This document shows positions 39,220 to 46,310 of a stretch of 64,000 bases of DNA, piece after piece. The notes beneath the pieces were generated by a model. It ran no database searches, had not been told where the DNA came from, and was given only the letters and a program-made list of their open reading frames with translations. This stretch comes from Thermoanaerobaculia bacterium. Its GTDB lineage: Bacteria; Acidobacteriota; Thermoanaerobaculia; Multivoradales; UBA5704. Position 1 is the stretch's first letter, and the number at the start of each line of letters is the position of its first letter. Where the stretch lies: positions 6,753 to 70,752 of the forward strand of contig JBBSBW010000008.1 in NCBI GenBank assembly GCA_038250865.1, in the 5' to 3' direction. A program made the position numbers and the translations under genes.

Positions 39220-40311
39220 ATGAGTGATCTTCCTTCCGAGCCTCGCGAGACCGCCCGTTCCGTACCCGGTATCGATATCGATTGGCTATTTGTTTCCAGC
39301 AGTTTGCGGGTCTCCAGCTGGCGCTGCCTCGCACAGAACCCAGAGCTTTCCGGCGATCGGAGCCAGCCCTGGCACGTTCTAGGTTTCACTCACGTCGGGG
39401 CCTTCGTGATGCAGGCCGAGGGGCGCGACATCGTGGTCGATGCCAATACCGTGATGTTGCACAGCCCGGGAATCCCCTACCGCACGGCCCATCCGTTCGG
39501 CGGTGGCGATCGCGGCAGCTCGCTGGTGCTTCGGCCGGGGGTGCTGCGCGAGATCGTCTGCCGTTACGACCCGGCGCGGGTCGAGAGCGATCCCGAGACG
39601 TTTCGCTTCCCGGCCGCTCACGCAATCTGTCCCCCGAAAGGCTACCTGCTACAGCGCCTGCTGTTTGAGCTGCTCTCCCGGCCGACCGGTGCAGATTTGA
39701 TGCGGATTGAAGAGACCGGCCTGTCGCTCGCGGAATCCGCGATCCGCGAGTGCTTCCGTCGGGTCGTGCCCTCCGAGAGGCAGGCGCGGGCGGCGACCGT
39801 GCGCCAGCACCGCGAGTGCGTCGAGGCGGCCAAGGGATTGCTGGTGGAGCGTTTCCGCGAGCCACTCCGGCTCGAAGACCTGGCGTTAAAGCTCAACGTT
39901 TCGGCCTGCCATCTGTCGCGCCTATTCAAGCGCGAGACCGGCCTGCCGATCCATCGTTATCTGAACCGCCTCCGTCTTCGCTGCGCTTTGGAGGAGCTGC
40001 CGGAGTGCGGCCGCGACCTCACCAGCCTCGCCTTCGACCTCGGCTTTTCAAGCCACAGCCACTTCTCGGCTAGCTTTGGCCAGGAGTTCGGGCTCACGCC
40101 GTCGCAGGTGCAGCAGATCGCCCATTCGGGCGACCTGCCCGAGAGCTTCGAGCGCCGCGGAAAGGCGCCTCAAGCTCCTGCGCGCTGGGCGTCCTCGGGG
40201 CGCGCGATGCTCTCGGCGCTCTCCGCCTCGCTTCCCGCGGCGACCGGGCCGAGGCGGGAGGCGACCGCCGCGTATTTGGTGTCGAGGGTGTCCCAGAGCG
40301 CCGCGATCTGA
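39220..40311 (+). CDS. AraC/XylS-family transcriptional regulator
   Basis: ATG at 39220 after an AT-richer promoter-like stretch. C-terminal dual HTH LEDLALKLNVSACHLSRLFKRETGLPIHRYLNRLRLRCALEEL...LTSLAFDLGFSSHSHFSASFGQEFGLTPSQ. The ORF runs to 40311, overlapping the convergent rdgC by about 140 nt, so the true stop may lie earlier through an undetected frameshift. Confidence 0.7.
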   Translation: MSDLPSEPRETARSVPGIDIDWLFVSSSLRVSSWRCLAQNPELSGDRSQPWHVLGFTHVGAFVMQAEGRDIVVDANTVMLHSPGIPYRTAHPFGGGDRGSSLVLRPGVLREIVCRYDPARVESDPETFRFPAAHAICPPKGYLLQRLLFELLSRPTGADLMRIEETGLSLAESAIRECFRRVVPSERQARAATVRQHRECVEAAKGLLVERFREPLRLEDLALKLNVSACHLSRLFKRETGLPIHRYLNRLRLRCALEELPECGRDLTSLAFDLGFSSHSHFSASFGQEFGLTPSQVQQIAHSGDLPESFERRGKAPQAPARWASSGRAMLSALSASLPAATGPRREATAAYLVSRVSQSAAI

Positions 40312-41165
40312 TCGAGGCGCAGGCCCAGCTCCTCGGTCCAGTGCTCGGCCTTGACCGCTTCGAGCTTCACGCCTGAGAGGCGGTACGACAGGGCGTCGAA
40401 TTTGAGCGGCACGGTGCCGACCAGGATTTTCGCGGCGAGCATCTCTGCGCCGTCGGCCACCAGGCGGTGCAGCTCGTTCAACACGCCGCCAGCGAGGTTA
40501 ACTTTCGCCTCGCGGGTGGCGAGCCGGACCGAGCCGGTCTCGGGCTCGATCAAGACCTCTGGATCTTCGAGCAGCGCGCGCAGGAACCGGCAGCCGAGCA
40601 CCGACTGGCCGGGCTCCTTCGGGATCACGATGTCGCTCGACTCGTCGGCCTCCGGCGCGTGATCGAGCCAGGGAGCTTTGAACTCGGTCGCCACCCCCGC
40701 TTGGCGCAGCAGAGCGAGCACTATGCCGAGAGCGGTCTTGGTGGCGCTGCCCACGAAGAGCAGCGAGTTGTCCAACACGCATTCGAGGATTCGCGTCCGT
40801 GGGCGTTGGCCGATCAGCAGCTCATGCTCGGCCAAGGCGCGTAGCTCTTTCCGCCGTTTGCCGCCGACATAGGGCCGGCCGGTCAGCTCGATCTCAGTTT
40901 TCACCAGGCCGGCCACCCGCTCGCGCACCGCCGTCGCGTCCGGGGTGCGTTTGTCGATCCGTACGCGGAACGCCCAGCGTCGAACCCCGACCTCGTACGG
41001 CGCGTCGGGCTCGAACGGCACGAAGCCGATCCGTTCGCGCACCTCTGAACCCGGCTCGATCTCACGAAACGGCGCGGCGTCGAAATCCGGCCCCTCCGGC
41101 GGCACGGCGGCATTGAAACGGGTGCAGGCAACGGCACCATAGAGTAGGCCCATCCGAATCCCCAA
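40170..41165 (-). CDS. rdgC: Recombination-associated protein RdgC
   Basis: About 330 aa. N-terminus LLYGAVACTRF aligns with RdgC (LMVYRL). The overall length and charge pattern match this nucleoid-associated family. The exact start is uncertain (41165 or 41153). Confidence 0.65.
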   Translation of the reverse strand: MGIRMGLLYGAVACTRFNAAVPPEGPDFDAAPFREIEPGSEVRERIGFVPFEPDAPYEVGVRRWAFRVRIDKRTPDATAVRERVAGLVKTEIELTGRPYVGGKRRKELRALAEHELLIGQRPRTRILECVLDNSLLFVGSATKTALGIVLALLRQAGVATEFKAPWLDHAPEADESSDIVIPKEPGQSVLGCRFLRALLEDPEVLIEPETGSVRLATREAKVNLAGGVLNELHRLVADGAEMLAAKILVGTVPLKFDALSYRLSGVKLEAVKAEHWTEELGLRLDQIAALWDTLDTKYAAVASRLGPVAAGSEAESAESIARPEDAQRAGA

Positions 41166-41264
41166 ATTTGGCAGGTTGTGAATCGACCGAGGCCGGGCGG
41201 CCCCAAGTGGAGCGCCCGGCCTAGAGAACGACCTCGATTCTATCGCAGCACAGGAGAGACGGCC

Positions 41265-42530
41265 TCAGGCGTGAGCGACCCCTAGGTACTCGGGAGGGGT
41301 AAACCCGGGGAAAATCTCGCCGATCGCCGGGTTGCCCAGGCGGCGCTCGACGATCTCGGCGAGAACGGTGCGGAAATCGGTGGTCGCCGCCAGATCGCCC
41401 GGTCCCGAGAGGGCGGCCGGCGCGAGCCCCGGCCAACGCCCATGGACCCTGCCGCCGACGATGCCGCCGCCCAACAGCAGCATGCAGTTGCCGTCGCCGT
41501 GATCGGTTCCGCCAGAGCCGTTCTCTTTCGCCCGGCGACCGAACTCGCTCATCACCACGACCGTGATTCGCCCGATCCGGTCGGCGAGGTCGGTCGCGAA
41601 CGCCTGGAGGCTTGAGGCAAGGTCGCCTAGCAGACCGGCCATCTGCCCCTCGGAGCCCCCTTGGGAGGCGTGGGTGTCCCAGCCGCCCGCGTCGATGCAG
41701 GCCACCTCCATCCCCAGGTCGGCCTTGATCATCTGCCCCACCTGTTGAAGCGCGAGCCCCAACTCGGATGCCGGGTACTTGGCACCGTTGGCGGGTGGAT
41801 TCTTCCCCGGGTCGGCTGCGGCGAGCCGGGCGATCGCCTCGAAGGTGAGCTGACCCTGGCGGTCGAGGAAACCGTCGCCGTCGTAGAGTTTGGCGAGGGA
41901 GGCCTGGAAGCGGGCGACCTCCGCGGCGCCCTGGCCGGGCCGGCCCTCCAGGTGGAAGTCGGCGATCGAAGCGAGCGCGGTGGCCGGCACTGAGCCGCGC
42001 AGGGAGGCCTGCAGAATCGGGCCGATGCCCACGCCGCGAAACGGCGAGTCGTTGTGGTTGACCAGAGATTGGAGATGGCGGCCGATCCAGCCGTCCGGCT
42101 GGGTCTTGTTGCCCGGCGTGCCCCGCTCGATCGAAGCCATGGCGTCAAAATGGGAATGGCTCGCTTCGGGCGAGCCGATCGCATGCACAGGAGCGAGCAG
42201 CCCGTCCTGCCAGAGTTCGGCAAGCGGCGCGAGCGCCGGATGAAGCCCGAAGAAACCGTCGAGGTCGAGCGCCCCTTTCGTCGAGCCCGGCTCGCCGAGC
42301 GCGAGAGTGGGACGCAGGGAGCGGTAGTGCGCGTCGCCATAAGGAACGATCAAATGAAGACCGTCGGAACCGCCGCGCTGGAACAGGCAGACCAGGACGT
42401 CGCCGGTGGTGGCCCGGTTTTCCGGGTGGGCGGCGAACGCCATCCGGGCGAGGCCGTTCGGCAAAACGGCGGGGAGCGCAAGCGCGCCGCTCAAGGTGCG
42501 GAGGAAGGAGCGTCGGGTCGTGGCGGGCAT
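41265..42530 (-). CDS. DUF1501-family protein (Tat-signal, sulfatase/alkaline-phosphatase-like fold)
   Basis: ATG at 42528-42530: MPATTRRSFLRTLSGALALPAVLP (twin-arginine signal). Conserved GGWDTH and SEFGRR...GTDHG motifs. Confidence 0.8.
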   Translation of the reverse strand: MPATTRRSFLRTLSGALALPAVLPNGLARMAFAAHPENRATTGDVLVCLFQRGGSDGLHLIVPYGDAHYRSLRPTLALGEPGSTKGALDLDGFFGLHPALAPLAELWQDGLLAPVHAIGSPEASHSHFDAMASIERGTPGNKTQPDGWIGRHLQSLVNHNDSPFRGVGIGPILQASLRGSVPATALASIADFHLEGRPGQGAAEVARFQASLAKLYDGDGFLDRQGQLTFEAIARLAAADPGKNPPANGAKYPASELGLALQQVGQMIKADLGMEVACIDAGGWDTHASQGGSEGQMAGLLGDLASSLQAFATDLADRIGRITVVVMSEFGRRAKENGSGGTDHGDGNCMLLLGGGIVGGRVHGRWPGLAPAALSGPGDLAATTDFRTVLAEIVERRLGNPAIGEIFPGFTPPEYLGVAHA

Positions 42531-42549
42531 GGTTGCGATCTCCGGAAAG

Positions 42550-44067
42550 TCAGCGCCACTGGAAATAGGGGGAATCGAGGAGGAGCGCCGCAATCTCGGG
42601 CGCGCGGGCGGCGAGGGTCGGGACCGGAAGGTGCGCGCCGCCCGGTCCGCCCGCCGCCGCGTGGGCGATCAGAGCGTTTCGATCGGCGGCGAGGAGCGCG
42701 CGGTGAAGCAGCCGGTCGGTCAGGGCGTCGACCAGCTGGGTGGGGGTCGCCGCGGCCGAGGCGCGGACCCAGGCCGGCCAATCGATGCGCACGCCGGGCG
42801 CGCGGCCTCCGGCCAGCCGGAGCATGAGATTCCAGCGCCCGAGCAGGCCGTTGGTATTGATCCAGGCGCCAGCGGCATCCGGGTAACCGTTCGGCGCCGG
42901 CCAGTTGAAGGGTGCCTGGCCGAGCAGCTTGGTGCCGTGGAGGAGGAGGCGCGCGGCATCAGTCGAGGCGGAGGCCGGCAGCGCGCGGACCGCCGCGGCG
43001 AGCACCTCGATCGGTCGCCGCACCTTCGCGTCGGCGGACTCGAACAACTGGGCCGAATGGAGAACCGTCCGCACCGTTTCGCGCAGGTCGCCGCCGGTCG
43101 TGGTGAACGTGAGCGCCGCGGCATCGACCGCCGCGGCCGGCGGGGTGTCGGCCAGGAAGCGACGACAGAGCTTGGTCGCAATGAACCGGGCGGTCGAGGG
43201 ATGGGTGGCGAGCCGGTCGAGGACGATTTCGCCGTCGCGCTGGCCCCCGCCGGCCGGGATCGCCACGCCGAGCACCCTCTTGGCGCCTTGATCGTGGCTG
43301 CGCGCATCGAAGCGAAATTGCCGTCCGTCTCGGCGCTCGATCGTCCAACCGGTGAACGCCCGGGCCACGTCCTGGACGTCAGCCTGGGTATAACCCCCCT
43401 CGACCCCCAAGGTGTGGAGCTCCATCAGCTCGCGGGCGTAGTTCTCGTTCGGGCCGCCCGCGATGTTGGTAAAGTTGTCCAGGAAAACGAGCATCGCCGG
43501 ACTCCTGGCCGAAGCGCCCAGCAGATCGCGAAACCGGCCGAGCGCGTGACGCCGGATGACCTCGCGGTCGTCGGCGGTTTTGAGCACCGAGGTCGGACCG
43601 TCCTGGTGGTAGATGTTGAAGTGGTTCGACCAGAAATCGACCAGCACCTCGAACAGTTGGCGGCGGCTTGCGACCGCCCGGTACAGGGTCGCCGATTTGA
43701 GGTCGATCGCGATCTCGTGCCGCGCGTCGCCTTCGAACGGCCCGGCGGGTAGGCGGACGACCGTAGGAAAAGCGCGTGCCACCTCGCGATCGACGGCCGA
43801 ATCGTCGATCCGTTCGGGTTGGAGCTGCTCGTCCAGGTAGGCCTCGATACCGATCGCGGAAACCCGCGCGAGATCCTCCGGGCGTGGACCGAAGCTGGTG
43901 CGGGTAAGGAATAGCAGCTCGCGCGAAGGGCTCGGCGGCGGAGCCGGGGCGGTGGCGGCCTGGCCGAGGAAACCTCCCGCACCGGGACGTACTCCGAGGA
44001 GCGAGAGCGCCGCGCCTGCACCCGCGGTAGCCAAGAGCCCTCTGCGGGAAACCTCTTCTAGAGCCAT
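42550..44067 (-). CDS. DUF1800-family protein
   Basis: ATG at 44065-44067: MALEEVSRRGLLATAGAGAALSLLG. Motifs FWSNHFN, LDNFTN, ENYARELMELHTLGVEGGYTQADV typical of DUF1800. It is immediately upstream of DUF1501, a conserved pair. Confidence 0.8.
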   Translation of the reverse strand: MALEEVSRRGLLATAGAGAALSLLGVRPGAGGFLGQAATAPAPPPSPSRELLFLTRTSFGPRPEDLARVSAIGIEAYLDEQLQPERIDDSAVDREVARAFPTVVRLPAGPFEGDARHEIAIDLKSATLYRAVASRRQLFEVLVDFWSNHFNIYHQDGPTSVLKTADDREVIRRHALGRFRDLLGASARSPAMLVFLDNFTNIAGGPNENYARELMELHTLGVEGGYTQADVQDVARAFTGWTIERRDGRQFRFDARSHDQGAKRVLGVAIPAGGGQRDGEIVLDRLATHPSTARFIATKLCRRFLADTPPAAAVDAAALTFTTTGGDLRETVRTVLHSAQLFESADAKVRRPIEVLAAAVRALPASASTDAARLLLHGTKLLGQAPFNWPAPNGYPDAAGAWINTNGLLGRWNLMLRLAGGRAPGVRIDWPAWVRASAAATPTQLVDALTDRLLHRALLAADRNALIAHAAAGGPGGAHLPVPTLAARAPEIAALLLDSPYFQWR

Positions 44068-44242
44068 GAGTCTGTCCTCCGATGTCTCGTCCGTTGCGGG
44101 ATCGACAGGGGAGGAACCCGCGACCTGGCGGATTCCTGCGCGGCCGGCGATCATTCGTGGCTCAGGCAAGCCTCCTCGCTCCTTCGGGTAGTGTTTTTCG
44201 GTTGCCTCCTCGCTCCAGGCGCGTTTCCTGCTAGCCTCTCTC

Positions 44243-45379
44243 ATGTCGATCCCGTCCAGAAGGAGGTCCGCCGTGCGCAGATTCGTTCTCGGCCGCATTT
44301 TGGCCGCACCGGCCTTGGTTCTCCTCGCCGCCTCCTGCGGCCCCAAGGAGCCGCCGCCTCCCCCGAACGCCGCCGCTATCGCCCCGGCGCCCGCTGCGGC
44401 GAAGCTCGCCGATTCCTTGAAGGTCGTTTGCTGGGACGACTACATCACCCCGGCCGTCGGCCAGGACTTCCAGAAAGAATTCGGCGTCCGGCTCGACATC
44501 GAGTTCGTCAACAACACCGAAGAGGTGCTCGACCGGTTGCAGAAGGGGGAGGTGTGGGATGTCTGGACGCCGAGCGACTACGCGGTCCAGGCGGCGGCGG
44601 AGAAGAACCTGCTCGCGCCGCTCGACAAGGCGGCGATCCCCAACCTGACCAACGTCGGCCGGCGTTTCCAGAACGCGATCTACGACCAGCAATTCCGCTT
44701 CTCGGTGCCATTCTATTGGGGCACCACGGGGCTCGGCTACGACAAGACGGTCTACCCGACGCCGCCCGAGAGCTGGGGGTACATCTTCGATCCCAAGAAG
44801 CGGGCCAAGGTCGCCGGCCGGATCAGCATGCTCGACGACATGCGCGAAGCGTTCTCGATCGCCCTGATCTATTTGGGCTACGACCCGAACACCACCGACC
44901 CCACCGCGCTGCTCAAAGCCCGCGACCTGCTGATCGCCACCAAACCGGCGCTTTCCGGTTTTGACAGCGAAACCTACGAAGACAACCTCGGAGCTGGCAA
45001 AGTCGCCCTCACCCACGGCTGGAGTGGCGACCTTTCGCAGATCGTCGCCGAAGACCCGACCAAAGGCTACGCCTTGCCCAAAGAGGGCTTCATGCTCTGG
45101 GTCGACAACCTGGCCATCCCTGCCGGCAGCACGAAAAAAGAGACCGCGGCGGTGCTGATCAACTTCCTCCTCCGGCCGGAGGTCTCGGCAAAGCTCACCA
45201 ACTCGAACCGCAACCCCACCACGATCCCCGCCGCCCGTCCGATGATCGACCCGGCGGTGCTCAACAGCCCCTCCTACCAGCTGCCGGAGGATCGAACTTT
45301 CCACGTCATCAAGTACCTGGGAGCGGACACGGCGAAGCTGGAGAAGTACTGGGCGGAGATTGTGGGAACGAAAAAGTAG
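44243..45379 (+). CDS. Polyamine (spermidine/putrescine) ABC-transporter substrate-binding lipoprotein, PotD/PotF family; no cognate permease or ATPase in the window
   Basis: Lipobox LLAASCGP. VVCWDDY, VWDVWTPSDY, PFYWGTTGLGYDK motifs of the PotD/PotF family. Confidence 0.75.
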   Translation: MSIPSRRRSAVRRFVLGRILAAPALVLLAASCGPKEPPPPPNAAAIAPAPAAAKLADSLKVVCWDDYITPAVGQDFQKEFGVRLDIEFVNNTEEVLDRLQKGEVWDVWTPSDYAVQAAAEKNLLAPLDKAAIPNLTNVGRRFQNAIYDQQFRFSVPFYWGTTGLGYDKTVYPTPPESWGYIFDPKKRAKVAGRISMLDDMREAFSIALIYLGYDPNTTDPTALLKARDLLIATKPALSGFDSETYEDNLGAGKVALTHGWSGDLSQIVAEDPTKGYALPKEGFMLWVDNLAIPAGSTKKETAAVLINFLLRPEVSAKLTNSNRNPTTIPAARPMIDPAVLNSPSYQLPEDRTFHVIKYLGADTAKLEKYWAEIVGTKK

Positions 45380-45429
45380 AGGAGCTGGCGATAGGGGCGA
45401 CCGTTCGCCGTGAGGCCTACTTCTCCAAT

Positions 45430-45918
45430 TCACCCCCGCCGTCGGTGCAGCACCTCATCCAGCAGCCCTGGATTCTTGTGCAGCGAAACCAGCAGGTAGC
45501 ACCGCCAGCTGCGCCATTGGATCGGGATGACCACCGTCTTCATGTGGCGGGGGAGGGTGATCTCGTCGAGCTGGCCGCGCAGGACGATCGGGACGGAGAT
45601 CAGGAACTCGGAGCCGAAGAATTTACGGGCGTTTCCGGCGATGGTGTTGGCGATTTCGCCCACCAGGTCGGCTTGGTTGGGGGTGCCGTGGTCGGTTTCG
45701 CCGAAGCTTTGCAGTAGGCCGACCAGCGGTTCGCTCGCGGAGGTGAAGTAGACCGCCCCCCGGTGGCGACCCGAGATGCCGATCACACCGGTGTATTCGA
45801 GCGCCACCGACTCGTCGCCTTTCAGGTAGGGTGCGTCGACCGCGGCGGCCGAGCCGGTGACCCGTTCGAAATAGTGCAACGCCCCTTCGATGAAGACCTT
45901 GATCTCCTCGTCGGTCAT
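45430..45918 (-). CDS. cheX: CheX-like chemotaxis phosphatase
   Basis: ATG at 45916-45918: MTDEEIKVFIEGALHYFERVTGSAAAVDAPYL...GVIGISGRHRGAVYFT...ADLVGEIANTIAGNARKFFGSEF, the CheX/CheC signature (E..N..G). Stop taken from the ORF track. Confidence 0.7.
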   Translation of the reverse strand: MTDEEIKVFIEGALHYFERVTGSAAAVDAPYLKGDESVALEYTGVIGISGRHRGAVYFTSASEPLVGLLQSFGETDHGTPNQADLVGEIANTIAGNARKFFGSEFLISVPIVLRGQLDEITLPRHMKTVVIPIQWRSWRCYLLVSLHKNPGLLDEVLHRRRG

Positions 45919-46310
45919 TGCGGGGCCTCGATCAGATTGCGCAGCGCCTGATTCAGCTCCGATTCCGAAAACGGCTTGAACACGTACTCGTTCGCTCCGC
46001 GTTCGACCGCTTCGATCGCGGTTTCGGCGTCGCCCAGGGCCGAGATCACCATGATCCGGGTTTCGGGTTGGATCGCCATGATCTTCGAGACGCAGGTGAG
46101 GCCGTCCATTTCGGGCATCGTGATGTCCATGGTGACGAAGTCGGGGCGATGCTCGAGAAACATCTCGATCGCCTCGCGACCGTTGGCGGCCTGCAAGATC
46201 GTCGAGATTTTCGGCATTTTGAGTTGCCGCTCGATCGATCGGCGGACCACGCTTGAGTCGTCCACGATCAATAGTTTCAAGGGTAGTGCCTCCGTGGCGA
46301 CGTCGTTCAT
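45915..46310 (-). CDS. cheY: CheY-like single-domain response regulator
   Basis: LKLLIVDDSSVVRRSIERQL...PDFVTMDITMPEMDGLTCVSKI...RIMVISALGD...GANEYVFKPF: phospho-acceptor Asp and conserved Lys are present. It overlaps the cheX start by 4 nt. Confidence 0.85.
   Translation of the reverse strand: MNDVATEALPLKLLIVDDSSVVRRSIERQLKMPKISTILQAANGREAIEMFLEHRPDFVTMDITMPEMDGLTCVSKIMAIQPETRIMVISALGDAETAIEAVERGANEYVFKPFSESELNQALRNLIEAPQ

Noticed and set aside
42406-43752. 448-aa plus-strand ORF opposite DUF1800/DUF1501
   Set aside because: Antisense artefact.
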